From Cyanobacteria bacterium K_Offshore_surface_m2_239 (GTDB lineage Bacteria > Cyanobacteriota > Cyanobacteriia > PCC-6307 > Cyanobiaceae), in contig VGQX01000001.1 in NCBI GenBank assembly GCA_016882305.1, forward strand, positions 2,548 to 66,547: a stretch of DNA of 64,000 bases, given 5' to 3'. The notes below the pieces were generated by a model that saw only the letters and a list, made by a program, of their open reading frames with translations, made no database searches and had not been told where the DNA came from. Position 1 is the stretch's first letter, and the number at the start of each line of letters is the position of its first letter. The position numbers were made by a program, and so were the translations under genes. Of the stretch, positions 49,429 through 59,323 are shown piece by piece.

Positions 49429-50001
49429 TCAGTTTTCAACCGGAGCCGTGGTCTTCGCCGGAGCACGCACGCGACGGATCTCCGAGCTGAAGCTGGCCCG
49501 CCCGGGGCTTCCGTCACGGGCTTGCTCCAGGGTGCAACGCAACCGCAGGTTGGGCTTGCTGAACCAGATGCGTTCCTTCACCACCCCGCCGTCCTTCTCC
49601 AGGCTCAACTCCAAAGTGCCGTCGGAAGCCAAGAGCCACCGCCCTGAGTCCCCGGCCAGCACGACCGATCCATCCCCACGGAAGACCAGACGCACGGTGC
49701 TTCCCGTGGGGAGGCCAACGTCCAGGCCACCACACTCCCCGGGTTCTTCCGCTTCAAGGAACGCAACCGTCAACTCGCCCCGGTCCGCATGATGCCAGCC
49801 CTGAGCGGCGTCCAACAGCTCGCCCGTCCCGTGAAGAGATCCAGTGCCCTCAGGGGTTTCCGTCTCCAGCACGCTGCGCAGCGAGAGCCATTCTCCCGCG
49901 CAGAGTTGTAGAAAACCGCGGATGTCCTCGGGGGGGAAGGCGTTCAAGGCCCCAGTTCTGCTCAGCTCTGACCTTAAGAGGTCGAGCTCCCACTCCCTCA
50001 A
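49429..50001 (-). CDS. CpcS/CpeS-family phycobilin lyase-like protein
   Basis: 190-aa ORF. S-type lyase hallmarks FLQLCAGEWLSLRSV (F-x-x-S-x-G-x-W-x-S-x-R pattern) and ERIWFSKPNLRLRCT. The TTG start overlaps the era stop (TTGA). Start uncertain. Confidence 0.7.
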   Translation of the reverse strand: MREWELDLLRSELSRTGALNAFPPEDIRGFLQLCAGEWLSLRSVLETETPEGTGSLHGTGELLDAAQGWHHADRGELTVAFLEAEEPGECGGLDVGLPTGSTVRLVFRGDGSVVLAGDSGRWLLASDGTLELSLEKDGGVVKERIWFSKPNLRLRCTLEQARDGSPGRASFSSEIRRVRAPAKTTAPVEN

Positions 50002-51005
50002 TCCGAGCCGCCATAACCGAGTTCAGCCAGACGAGCCGAGCTGCGTCGCCAGTTGGGCACCACCTTGACGAAGAGTTCGAGATACACGGAAGTGTTCAGC
50101 AGGGCTTCCATTTCCTTGCGCGCCCCGCTGCCGATGGTGCGCAGCATCTGACCACCGCGACCGATGAGGATGACTTTTTGGCTGTGCCGCTCCACCAGCA
50201 CTGTCGCCAACACAGCCACGCGCGTCTTGCCCTTCGGCCCGGGACGCTCGTCATCCACGATCCTGTCAATGTGCACGGCCACGGAATGGGGGACCTCCTC
50301 CCGCGTGTGGTGCAACACCTGTTCACGGATGAGCTCAGCCAGGAGCGCGGATTCCGATTGATCGCTGACGGTCTCCGGTGGGTAGAGGCAGGGGCCAACC
50401 GGTAGGGCCTGCTCCAGAGAGGCCAAAAGGGTCTCCGTGCCCAGACCGGTGAGCGCACTGATGGGGTGAAGCGGCCAGTGGGGGGGAGAGCCATCCTCCT
50501 CGATGGGCTCCGCCAGGAGCTCGCGGTAGCTCGCAAGCTGATGGTCCGCTTGGGAGGAAGGAACGTTGTCCCAATGATTGAGGGCCACGTGCACAGGCAC
50601 CCGGGCCTGTCTCAAGAGATTCACGATGAAGGCATCGCCGCGGCCCGCCGCCTCGGAACCGTTCACCAGGAGCAGAACCAGGTCAACCTCGCCAATGGTG
50701 TCGCGGGCGCTCCGCACAAGCCGCTCGCCCAACAGATGGTGCGGTTTGTGAATGCCCGGGGTGTCGACGAAGATGAATTGGGAGCCGGGTGTGGTGTGGA
50801 TTCCCCGCAGCCGCCTGCGCGTCGTCTGGGCCACGGGAGAGGTGATGGCAACCTTTTGGCCCACCAAGCGATTCAAGAGGGTGGACTTTCCCACGTTGGG
50901 ACGACCAACCAAGGCGATGAAGCCAGAACGGAAGCCAGTCGAGGGGCCTGAAGGGTCAAGAGCTGGCGGCTCCGGGGGGGAAGGGAGGGGCGGGCATGGG
51001 TTCAT
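49998..51005 (-). CDS. era: GTPase Era
   Basis: 335-aa ORF. G1 GRPNVGKSTL, G3 DTPGIH, G4 NHWD. C-terminal KH domain (VLVERHSQKVILIGRGG). The Pro-rich N-terminal ~25 aa may not be translated. Confidence 0.93.
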   Translation of the reverse strand: MNPCPPLPSPPEPPALDPSGPSTGFRSGFIALVGRPNVGKSTLLNRLVGQKVAITSPVAQTTRRRLRGIHTTPGSQFIFVDTPGIHKPHHLLGERLVRSARDTIGEVDLVLLLVNGSEAAGRGDAFIVNLLRQARVPVHVALNHWDNVPSSQADHQLASYRELLAEPIEEDGSPPHWPLHPISALTGLGTETLLASLEQALPVGPCLYPPETVSDQSESALLAELIREQVLHHTREEVPHSVAVHIDRIVDDERPGPKGKTRVAVLATVLVERHSQKVILIGRGGQMLRTIGSGARKEMEALLNTSVYLELFVKVVPNWRRSSARLAELGYGGSD

Positions 51006-51042
51006 CCTTCAAATCTGCCAGTGCGGAACGGTTTTGGCGAGA

Positions 51043-51582
51043 ATGGACACCAGACGCTGGAAGGGATCCATGTCCAAGCCGCCCACGTTCCAAGAAGCGA
51101 TGACCATCAGCGCCGAACGCATCGCCCTCTGGGATGCCGGCGAACTGAGCGATGAGGTGCTGGCTGACGAGGTGGGACAGCTGGTTGGCCATCGGGATGG
51201 TGCCAGAGGATTTTTTGTGGTGTCACTCACCTCAGATTCGCCGCTGATGGATCGCCTTCCGGAAACGTTGGTGATGCAGTTGCGGGAAGCGGGAGAGGAC
51301 GTGGTGGATCTCACGGCTCGAAATTTGGCGATGAGCACAGCGATGGCGTTGCATCACGAGCGTCAACAGGATCAGACCATGCGGGAAGGATCCTTGAAGG
51401 TACAAGCTCGCAGCCTGGATTTATTGAAACAGCTTGAGGCTAATCTCGTCAAGGAAAAACTAGAAAAACTCATCGCGGGTCTGGAAGGAAAGGGGGAGGA
51501 AAAAGATTTTTATGATCGCTGGAATTATGATGAAGAGCAAAGAGGAGCCATTAAGAAGTCGCTGCTCGCTGTGGCTTCCTAG
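51043..51582 (+). CDS. conserved hypothetical protein
   Basis: 179 aa from ATG 51043 (alternative ATG at 51070) within ORF 50752..51582. Helical. The Lys/Glu-rich C-terminus is encoded by visibly lower-GC DNA. No family recognised. Confidence 0.5.
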   Translation: MDTRRWKGSMSKPPTFQEAMTISAERIALWDAGELSDEVLADEVGQLVGHRDGARGFFVVSLTSDSPLMDRLPETLVMQLREAGEDVVDLTARNLAMSTAMALHHERQQDQTMREGSLKVQARSLDLLKQLEANLVKEKLEKLIAGLEGKGEEKDFYDRWNYDEEQRGAIKKSLLAVAS

Positions 51583-51799
51583 CCAGATTCCCACCCGATT
51601 CAGGTGAATCAATCGACTGTACGCCTGCACGCTGTACACCAATGGCGTGGCACCTTTCGGTTTGCAGGCTTGGACGACATACGAACCTGAGTCCGTGATC
51701 GTGCTGATGCAATCCCTGGGGGTTGATTGTGAGGGCGATGAGTCTCCGCGCTGAAGGGAGCGTCCCACGCCTCCCCCTCCTGGCGGAGGGACTGCCCTT

Positions 51800-53128
51800 T
51801 CAACCCGCCTGCCGCTGCCCCGCTGACGCGCCAGCCGCCGCACCCGCCGCAGGCGCCTTGGGGAGCGGGGTGCTGCCCACGGCGGGGGCTGGGCGCTCCA
51901 GGGTCTGGAGCAACTGGCCGAAGAGCACGGCCACGGCATCGGGCGGCGTCGCGGGCTGTGGGCCGAGGCCAGGCAGGCCGGGCAGGGCGAGGTTGGGGAA
52001 GGGGCCCGAGGGGCGACCGGGGCGCAGGTCGCCGGGGTCGATGGCCACCCAGCCACCGTTCTGAGGCAGGCGGAGTTCGAAGTGCAGATGGGGTCCGGTG
52101 CTCAGGCCCGTGCTGCCGACGCGACCGATGACCTCCCCCTGGCGCACGCTGTCGCCTGGGCGCACATAGATCTCTGACAAGTGGCCATACAGCGTGCGCC
52201 GCGAGGGCTTGCCATGTTCGATCTCCACGGCCAGGCCATAACCGCCGGCGTCGCCGCTGCTCACCACTTGTCCGGAGAGAGCGGCCACCACCGGCGTGCC
52301 CTCCGGCGCGGCGTAGTCGTTGCCGGAATGCATGATCCAGGAGCCCAGGATCGGATGCTGGCGCCAGCCGAAGGGGCTGGTGGGCACCGCCGCGCCGATC
52401 AAGGGAAAGATCAGGCCGCGATTGCCATTGCCGCCGATCGGCGCGGGACGGGGCGTGAGCCGGAACACATCGCTGAGACGCAAGCGACCGTTGACGCCGG
52501 CCAGCAAGGCGTTCACCGGCACGCTGATCGGCGGCAGGGGAGCGGCGGCGATGCCCTCGCGCGCGCCACCCAAGCCCGAACCAGCGCCGCTCCAGCCACC
52601 CCCCTCCAGACCGGGGGCGGACTCGCCGGCCCGCAATGGGCCGTCTCCTTCCAAGCGTCCCCGGCCGCGGAACACCACTCCCGTGCGGCACTCCTCGGCG
52701 GAGAGGGCGCCGCTGCCGCAGGCCTGGTTGCGGAGGCCAGGGGGCGGATCAAGCACCAGGGTTCCGCGCACCCGGATCCGCTCCTTCGGCGAAACGATCC
52801 CGTCGCGAACGAGGGCATCGAGAGAGGTATCGAAACGGCGCGGACTCTCCGGCTGCAGCTCCGCTGTGGCGGGCCGCAACGGCTCGGCCCGCGGGGTCAT
52901 GGCGGGGGTTGGAGCGGTGGGCCGTTCGGGTGCCGGCAGCTCGGCGGAGGGAACGACCGGGGCGACGGGCGGGGGGGGAGGCGGCAAGGGGGCCCTGGCG
53001 GGCTCTGGAACGGTGGGGCCGCTCGCCGCCGGAGGCGGTCCTTCCGTCTGGGCGAGCACCAGGGTTGTGCCCACCAGGGGCGCTCCACAGGCGGCCGCGA
53101 GCAGCAGGAGGCGGATGCGTGAAACCAT
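51800..53128 (-). CDS. M23 family metallopeptidase (secreted, Pro-rich N-terminal region)
   Basis: 442 aa from the internal ATG (MVSRIRLLLLAAACGAPL, signal peptide). Catalytic motifs HSGNDYAAPEGTPV and GSTGLSTGPHLHFELR. Confidence 0.85.
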   Translation of the reverse strand: MVSRIRLLLLAAACGAPLVGTTLVLAQTEGPPPAASGPTVPEPARAPLPPPPPPVAPVVPSAELPAPERPTAPTPAMTPRAEPLRPATAELQPESPRRFDTSLDALVRDGIVSPKERIRVRGTLVLDPPPGLRNQACGSGALSAEECRTGVVFRGRGRLEGDGPLRAGESAPGLEGGGWSGAGSGLGGAREGIAAAPLPPISVPVNALLAGVNGRLRLSDVFRLTPRPAPIGGNGNRGLIFPLIGAAVPTSPFGWRQHPILGSWIMHSGNDYAAPEGTPVVAALSGQVVSSGDAGGYGLAVEIEHGKPSRRTLYGHLSEIYVRPGDSVRQGEVIGRVGSTGLSTGPHLHFELRLPQNGGWVAIDPGDLRPGRPSGPFPNLALPGLPGLGPQPATPPDAVAVLFGQLLQTLERPAPAVGSTPLPKAPAAGAAAGASAGQRQAG

Positions 53129-53195
53129 GGGGGAAGGAAGGGCGGCGGCAGGGAGTGAGGGGGCCGGAAAAAGGGCGGAGGGGCGGGCGAAGGCA

Positions 53196-54002
53196 TTAAC
53201 GCGACACGGTGTCGCCTTCGTCTGCTGTCGGGACAAAATCTGAGCCAATGTAAATACCCCCCGTCCATTCCGGCCAGGAGTGGTGCAGGACGCGCCGCCG
53301 GCCATCGTTCGCCACCAGGAGCAACCCTCCCTGAAGGGTGAGTCCCCGGATCCGCCAGAGGGTGCCGTCCAGCCGCAGGCGCCCGTTCGGCACCCACAGC
53401 CGCTGTTCCGCCTCCCGCCGCACCCGCTCCCCTTCCGCAGCGCTGGCCATCGCCCACTCCAGCGCCGCGAACACCCGAGGCAGCAGTCGCCGCGGACGGG
53501 CCCGCTCACGCCCCAGCGCTCCCGCGAGATTGGTGGCGCCGGGAGGGACGGGATTGCGGCCATTGAGGCCGAGCCCCACCCGCGCCCAACGCACCAGCGC
53601 CCCCCGCATCCGCAATCCCGACAGCAAGCCCGCCACCTTGCGCCACTTCCCATCCCGGCCCCGGAGCAGCAGATCGTTGGGCCACTTCAACCGCACGTCC
53701 AACCCCAGCGCCTCCAGCTGCAGGAGGAGGCCCACGGCGACCGCGAGGCCCGGCGCCGCGCACCATTCGGGCCCATCCGCCCAGGGCAGGGCCGCGCTCA
53801 GCCAGACCCCGCCGGGGGGCGAAAGCCAACTCCGGCCATGCTGCCCCTGACCAGCGCGCTGCCGCTCGGCCAGCACCAGCCGGGGGTGCGCCAGCCGCAG
53901 GGGCGCGTCGACGGGGCGGCGGGCCAGCCAGCGCTCCAGCTCCCGCTCTGTGCTGCCGCACACCCGCAGGGCGCGCAGGCGCCAGGGCGGGCGCGCCTTC
54001 AC
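53196..54002 (-). CDS. birA: biotin--[acetyl-CoA-carboxylase] ligase
   Basis: 268 aa, GTG start. Catalytic loop variant RAGQGQHGRSWLSPPGGVWLS, plus KWPNDLL. No N-terminal HTH. Confidence 0.8.
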   Translation of the reverse strand: MKARPPWRLRALRVCGSTERELERWLARRPVDAPLRLAHPRLVLAERQRAGQGQHGRSWLSPPGGVWLSAALPWADGPEWCAAPGLAVAVGLLLQLEALGLDVRLKWPNDLLLRGRDGKWRKVAGLLSGLRMRGALVRWARVGLGLNGRNPVPPGATNLAGALGRERARPRRLLPRVFAALEWAMASAAEGERVRREAEQRLWVPNGRLRLDGTLWRIRGLTLQGGLLLVANDGRRRVLHHSWPEWTGGIYIGSDFVPTADEGDTVSR

Positions 54003-55192
54003 AGGCTGGCCAGCCAGCGTCCCATGCGGGTGGCGGCCTCCTCCAGCCGCTCCACGGGATGGACCAGCGCCAGGCGCAGCCAGCCCTCGCCCCCCGGGCC
54101 GAAGCCGACGCCGGGGGTGAGGCAGACGCCGGTAGCCGTCAGCAGCTCAGCGCACACCGATTCGCTGGACCAGCCCCGCTGGCGGGCCGCGGCCGGCAGC
54201 GGCAGCCAGAGATAGAGGGCCATGGAGGGTCGGGGCACCGTCCAGCCCGCCGCCTCCAGCGCCAGGGACAGCCGATCCCGCCGTTGCCGGTAGACCTCCC
54301 GCAGCTGGGCCGGCCATTGCGGCGCCCGCTCCAGGGCGGCGATCGCCCCCGCCTGCAGGGCCAGGGATTGGTTGAAGTCGATGATCCCCTTGAGCTGTCG
54401 CAGGGCCGTGATCAGGGGTTCGGCGCCGACGGCGAAGGCCAACCGATAGCCCCCCAGGCACCAGCTCTTGGAGAGGGAGAAGAGCTCGATGCCGCAGCGT
54501 CGCCAGTCGCTGTGGCGCAGCAGGGCGGGCGCCGTGCCCTCCAGGGCCAGGTCGACGTAGGGGTTGTCGTGGAGGAGCACGACATCGTGGTCGAGGGCGC
54601 GGGCCACGGCGGCGTCCAGCCAGGCCTGCTCCCCCGTGGTGGCGGTGGGGTTGTGGGGGAAGCCGAGCACCATCAGCTTCAGGGTGTCCCAGGCGCTGGC
54701 GGGAAGGCGCTCAAAGGCGGGTCGCCAACCGTGCTCGGCCTCCAGCGGCAGGAGCACCGGCGTGGCGGAGGCCAGATGCAGGCCCCCCAGGTGGGAGGGG
54801 TAGCCCGGATCCAGCAGCAGGGCGGGGTCGCCGGGATTGAGCACGGCCAGCGGCAGGTGCGCCGTGCCCTCCTGAGAGCCGATCAACAGCAACACCTCCC
54901 GATCGGGATCCACCTCCACCCCGAAGCGGCGCTCCACCCAGGCGGCCGCCGCTTCCCGGAAGGGCCGCGTGGCGCCATGAAGGCAGTAGGCGGCGCTGGC
55001 GGGCTCGGCCAGGGCGCGCGCCATGGCGTCGACCGCCACCGGGGGGGGGGGCAGGTCGGTGGAGCCGAGGGAGAGATCGATCAAGCCGAGCGTCTCGTCG
55101 GGTGGGGCCGGCGCGTAGGCGAGTTTGCGATGATCATTGCGGGCAAACACACCGCTGCCCAACAGGGAGACCCGTTCAGAGATCGGCATCAC
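53999..55192 (-). CDS. class I/II pyridoxal-phosphate-dependent aminotransferase
   Basis: 397 aa, GTG start. LGFPHNPT, and the PLP-lysine context FSLSKSWCLGGYRLAF. Specific substrate not assignable. Confidence 0.85.
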   Translation of the reverse strand: MMPISERVSLLGSGVFARNDHRKLAYAPAPPDETLGLIDLSLGSTDLPPPPVAVDAMARALAEPASAAYCLHGATRPFREAAAAWVERRFGVEVDPDREVLLLIGSQEGTAHLPLAVLNPGDPALLLDPGYPSHLGGLHLASATPVLLPLEAEHGWRPAFERLPASAWDTLKLMVLGFPHNPTATTGEQAWLDAAVARALDHDVVLLHDNPYVDLALEGTAPALLRHSDWRRCGIELFSLSKSWCLGGYRLAFAVGAEPLITALRQLKGIIDFNQSLALQAGAIAALERAPQWPAQLREVYRQRRDRLSLALEAAGWTVPRPSMALYLWLPLPAAARQRGWSSESVCAELLTATGVCLTPGVGFGPGGEGWLRLALVHPVERLEEAATRMGRWLASL

Positions 55193-55219
55193 GGAGGGCG
55201 GGAGGATGAGGGATGGCGA

Positions 55220-55567
55220 TCAAAGATGGGTGTCGAGAAACGTCTGGAGCTGTTGCTGAGGAATGGCTCCCTCGTGACGGGCCACCTCCTGTCCCGCCTT
55301 GAACAGAATCAGCGTCGGCAGGCCCTGCACCCCCAGGCGCTCCACAGCGGCGGGGCTGGCATCGGCATTGAGCTTGGCCACCACCAGATTGGGGCCATAC
55401 GCGGTGGCCGCCCAATCCATCAACGGGGCCATCAAGCGGCAGGGGCCGCACCAGGACGCCCAGACGTCGAGCAAGAGGGTGGAAGACGTCGCCACGGCGT
55501 CAGCCAAAGCCCCGTCATCGCTGAGGTTCAGAACGTCGGAACCCTGGAGAGAAGGGAGATCAGCCAC
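55220..55567 (-). CDS. thioredoxin
   Basis: 115 aa with the WCGPC active site (DVWASWCGPCRLMAP) and GLPTLILF. Confidence 0.9.
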   Translation of the reverse strand: MADLPSLQGSDVLNLSDDGALADAVATSSTLLLDVWASWCGPCRLMAPLMDWAATAYGPNLVVAKLNADASPAAVERLGVQGLPTLILFKAGQEVARHEGAIPQQQLQTFLDTHL

Positions 55568-55628
55568 GGCACCCTGTAGGGAAAGGTCTGATTGTATGGA
55601 GACAAAATCCGGGGTGGGGTTGCTGCTC

Positions 55629-56402
55629 TCAGAGCTTGTCGATGGAGCGCCTCAGCTCTTCCAGCTCCGCATCCACCTCCGCCGCCTTCACCGGTTCCAG
55701 CAGGGGCGCCGGGCCGTTGGCCGCTGGCAGTTGGATGGGGGTGGTCCCCCCCTCCAGCCGCTGCTTGAGGGCCGCCAGGTCGTCATCCACGTCCGTGCCC
55801 GCCAGGGCGGCGAACTGGGATTCGAGGTCGGCGCCCGCCAATTCCGCAGCGGCTTGGCTGCGCGCCTCCAGGTTGAGCACCTTCTCCTCCATCTGGTCAA
55901 ACGCCGCCATGGCGTTGTTGGTGCCGAGGCTGCTGACCGCTGATTGCAGCTGCTCCTGGGCCTGGGCCGCCTGGGCGCGGGCCTTGAGCATCTCCTTTTT
56001 GGTGCGCGCCTCGGCGATCTTGCCCTCCAGGGCGGTGAGGCTGCGCTTGAGGGTCTCCACCTGCCCCGCCTGGTTGTTCACCTGGGTGGTGAGGGCGGTG
56101 GCGGTGTCCTGATAGGTCTTGCGACGGGAGAGGGCTTCCCGCGCCAGCGATTCCTCGTTCTTCTGGAGCGCCAGTTCCGCCTTTTGATACCAGGCCTTGG
56201 CCTGGGAATCGGCCTGCTCGGCCTGGTTCTGCAGGCGTCGCTGGCTGGCGATGGCGGTGGCCACCGCCTGGCGCAGCTTCACCAGGTCGGCCTGCATGTC
56301 GGCCACCGACTGGTCGAGGATTTTGGCGGGATCCTCCGCCTTGCTCACCAGATCGTTGAGGTTGGCGCGCAGCAGACGGCTGAGCCGATCAAAGAAGCCC
56401 AT
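55629..56402 (-). CDS. vipp1: Vipp1/IM30 (PspA family, with C-terminal Vipp1-type extension)
   Basis: 257 aa from the internal ATG (MGFFDRLSRLLRANLNDLVSKAEDPAKILDQ). Long coiled-coil and a C-terminal extension ending AEVDAELEELRRSIDKL. Confidence 0.9.
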   Translation of the reverse strand: MGFFDRLSRLLRANLNDLVSKAEDPAKILDQSVADMQADLVKLRQAVATAIASQRRLQNQAEQADSQAKAWYQKAELALQKNEESLAREALSRRKTYQDTATALTTQVNNQAGQVETLKRSLTALEGKIAEARTKKEMLKARAQAAQAQEQLQSAVSSLGTNNAMAAFDQMEEKVLNLEARSQAAAELAGADLESQFAALAGTDVDDDLAALKQRLEGGTTPIQLPAANGPAPLLEPVKAAEVDAELEELRRSIDKL

Positions 56403-56542
56403 GGGGCGGGGCGGTGGATTCAAGACCATACTGACGCTATCGCCCCCCGATCGCCTGATCGAGGGGAGGTGGCGGTCTTTCGCCCCCCTTCCGCTTCCGC
56501 CCCCGGCTCGATCTGAACCCGGGCTCTCCATCCACAGGCTCC

Positions 56543-57160
56543 ATGGCCTCTGAACATCCCTCCTTGAACGGTCGCCGGCGCAAGAATGGCGCTCCGCGCC
56601 GCGGCGACACCAACGGGCCCATGGAGGGGCGACGGGTGGGCAACGTGTCCTTTTTGCTGCCGCCGCCACCGGCGCCAGCCGAGGGCCTCAGCGCCTGCCT
56701 GGGCAAGCTCCAGGACCAGTGGCGGCAGAAAGGCCATCTGGCGGCGCTCTGGCAGGCCTGGCCCCGTCTGGCCGGGGCCCAGCTCGCCCCCCACTGCCGT
56801 CCGCTCTCCCTCGCGGGCGGGGTGCTCACGGTGGGAGCGGCGCCGGGACCCTGGCTGCAGGGGCTCCTCTACACCCGCCATCAGTTGTTGGGGGCCTTGC
56901 GGGGAGCGGGGTTTCCCGTGCGGGAGGTGCGGGTTTGCCAGCATCACGGTGCCCCCTTGCCCCCGGCTGCCGGCAGCCTGGAAGCGGATGTCTGGGCTCG
57001 GCACCCCAGCCGGATCGACATCCATGGATTGGCGGACTGCCCCGCCTGCGGCCGTCCGGCGCCCACAGGGGAGATGGCCCTCTGGGGCACCTGCGGATTC
57101 TGTCGCCGCGCCACCCTGTCCGAGCGGCTCCCCGGTTCAGAGCGATTCCCCGGCGGTTGA
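56543..57160 (+). CDS. DUF721 (DciA-like) domain protein with C-terminal Cys4 motif
   Basis: 205-aa ORF. DUF721-like core (LAALWQAWPRLAGAQLAPHCRPLSLAGGVLTVGAAPGPWLQGLLY). C-terminal CPACG...CGFC. Start uncertain. Confidence 0.55.
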   Translation: MASEHPSLNGRRRKNGAPRRGDTNGPMEGRRVGNVSFLLPPPPAPAEGLSACLGKLQDQWRQKGHLAALWQAWPRLAGAQLAPHCRPLSLAGGVLTVGAAPGPWLQGLLYTRHQLLGALRGAGFPVREVRVCQHHGAPLPPAAGSLEADVWARHPSRIDIHGLADCPACGRPAPTGEMALWGTCGFCRRATLSERLPGSERFPGG

Positions 57161-57643
57161 GGTGAAGCGAGCCCGCCAGGCGGCCTCCTGCGCCACCGCC
57201 TCCGGCGTCCCCTCTGCGGGAAAGTCGGTCAGAAAATCCTTGTCGCGGGTTGGCTCATAGGGACCCTGCTTGATCTCGAACATCACGGTGTCGGGGGCGA
57301 GGGCCACAAGCGTGTGCACCTCCCCCTCGCGAAGGTCGACCCCGCGCACCGGTCCGTCGGCGTCCAGGCGCACCTGCTCCAGCACCTCCCCCTGGCCGTC
57401 GAGCACCAGTAGCCCCAAGGATCCCTGCAGCACCACAAAACATTCGAAGCCCTCCCCGGGCTGGGCCCGCAGGTGGCGATGGGGACGCACGTAGGTGCCC
57501 GGTTGGAGGACGTTCAGAAAGCGCTGCACCCGATCCGGTTCCGCGTGCAGGTTGAAGTTGCGGCGCAGACGAGGGGCTTGACGGGCCTGTTCCGCCACCG
57601 CGTCGAACAGGCTCTGATCCAGCAGGCGAAGGGGCGAAGACAC
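57137..57643 (-). CDS. WbuC-family cupin fold protein
   Basis: 168 aa from GTG 57643 (start uncertain). FNLHAEPDRVQRFLNVLQPGTYVRPHRH...ECFVVLQGSLGLLVLD...HTLVALAPDTVMFEIKQGPY. Confidence 0.6.
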   Translation of the reverse strand: MSSPLRLLDQSLFDAVAEQARQAPRLRRNFNLHAEPDRVQRFLNVLQPGTYVRPHRHLRAQPGEGFECFVVLQGSLGLLVLDGQGEVLEQVRLDADGPVRGVDLREGEVHTLVALAPDTVMFEIKQGPYEPTRDKDFLTDFPAEGTPEAVAQEAAWRARFTSTAGESL

Positions 57644-57690
57644 GAGGGAAAGCGGTGAGGAACTGTCCGAACGGGGATGGCGGGAGGGGC

Positions 57691-58464
57691 TCAGGCTCCG
57701 CCGCGAAAGAGGTGGTTGTGGGCGGCGGAATACAGCCGTGATCGCGCCGCGCCCGCCCCCGCCAGGGCGGGGCTGACGATGTAGAGGGTCGTGCGAATGA
57801 GGTTCCGCTCGCGGCTGGTGGCCGCCATCTCCCGCAACGGCACCACCCGCAGCCACTGATCCGGCCAACTCACGCGATAGCCGATGGCGACCGGCGTGTC
57901 GGCGGGATAGTGGGCCAGCAGGGCCTCCTGCACCTCCTCCACATGACGGGCACTGAGATAAAGACAGAGGGAAGCGCGCAGGGCGGCCAGGCGGGCCAGG
58001 GATTCGGTCTCGGGCATGCCCGTGCGGCCGCCAGCCCGGCTGAGCACGATGGTCTGCACCACACCGGGCACCGTGAGCTCGCTGCTCAAGGCCGCCGCTG
58101 TGGCTTGATAGGCGCTCAGCCCCGGCACCACCTCCACCTCCAGCCCCGCGTCCGCCAGACGGGTGATCTGCTCCGCCAGGGCGCCATAGAGGCTCGGGTC
58201 GCCGTCATGGAGGCGCACCACGCGCCGTCCGGCCAGGGCCCGCTCCACCACGGCCTCGATCACCTCCTCCAAGGTGAGGCTGCTGGTGCGGATGCGTTCG
58301 CAGGCCGCCGGGGCGAGATCGGCGATGCGGGGGTTGACGAGCGAATCGGTCCAGATCAGCGCCTCCGCCTCCTGGATCGCGGCCGCTGCCCGCAAGGTGA
58401 GCAGATCCGGAGCGCCGGGGCCGGCACCAACGATGCGCACAGGGGGAGAGGAAGGAGCGCTCAT
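57691..58464 (-). CDS. cobM: precorrin-4 C11-methyltransferase
   Basis: 257 aa. [38 protein letters not shown]. Confidence 0.9.
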   Translation of the reverse strand: MSAPSSPPVRIVGAGPGAPDLLTLRAAAAIQEAEALIWTDSLVNPRIADLAPAACERIRTSSLTLEEVIEAVVERALAGRRVVRLHDGDPSLYGALAEQITRLADAGLEVEVVPGLSAYQATAAALSSELTVPGVVQTIVLSRAGGRTGMPETESLARLAALRASLCLYLSARHVEEVQEALLAHYPADTPVAIGYRVSWPDQWLRVVPLREMAATSRERNLIRTTLYIVSPALAGAGAARSRLYSAAHNHLFRGGA

Positions 58465-59312
58465 GAGGACACACCGGCGGGATCAGGCAGGACACGACGC
58501 CGGCCATAGAGCCACCAGAGGCCCAGGCTGCCGACGAGGATCAGAAGCAGGCTCACCAGCTGGGCCATCCGCAGGCCACCGCCGCAGAACGGCGGCTGAG
58601 CGAAGAGGCAGAGCGGATCCAGGCGCAAAGCCTCGATCCAGACGCGGCCGCAGCTGTAGGCGATGAGATACACGCAGCTCAACGCTCCAGGGCGCAGATC
58701 CAAGCGGCCCCGCGAGGCCTGACGGAAGAGCAGCAGCAGCAGCGCGCAAACCCCCAGGTTCCAGAGCGATTCATAGAGGAAGGTGGGATGAAAGGTGGCT
58801 TGCTCCAGGAATTGTGGCGGCCGATTGGCGGGGGGAATGGTGAGCCGCCAGGGGAGGGTGGTGGGGAGCCCGAAGGCTTCGGAGTTGAAGAAATTCCCCC
58901 AGCGCCCGATCGCCTGACCCAGGGCCACGGCGGGCAGGAGCACATCCAGCAAGGGCCAGAACGGCTGCCGGCGCCAGCGACAGAACAGGATCGTGGCCAG
59001 GCTCCCGCCGATCAGGGCGCCATGGATGGCGATGCCCCCGTGCCAGATGGCGAGCATCTCCCCCCACTGGCCGCGATACTGACGCCATTCCAGAAGCACG
59101 TAGTAGATCCGGGCGCCGATGATCGCGCCCAGGACGAGAAAGGGGAGCAGATCGCTCACCAGGTCTGGATCGATGGAGCGCCGACGGGCCAGGCGACGGG
59201 CCAGGGTGAGCCCCACCACCACGGCGGTGGCGATGAGCACCCCATACCAGCGCAGCGTGAAAGGCCCCAGTTGCAGCTGGGGCCCCGGAGACATGAACAG
59301 AGCCAGAGGCAT
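58461..59312 (-). CDS. lgt: prolipoprotein diacylglyceryl transferase
   Basis: 283 aa. [39 protein letters not shown]. 4-nt overlap with cobM. Confidence 0.93.
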   Translation of the reverse strand: MPLALFMSPGPQLQLGPFTLRWYGVLIATAVVVGLTLARRLARRRSIDPDLVSDLLPFLVLGAIIGARIYYVLLEWRQYRGQWGEMLAIWHGGIAIHGALIGGSLATILFCRWRRQPFWPLLDVLLPAVALGQAIGRWGNFFNSEAFGLPTTLPWRLTIPPANRPPQFLEQATFHPTFLYESLWNLGVCALLLLLFRQASRGRLDLRPGALSCVYLIAYSCGRVWIEALRLDPLCLFAQPPFCGGGLRMAQLVSLLLILVGSLGLWWLYGRRRVLPDPAGVSS

Positions 59313-59323
59313 GGAAGGGGGAT

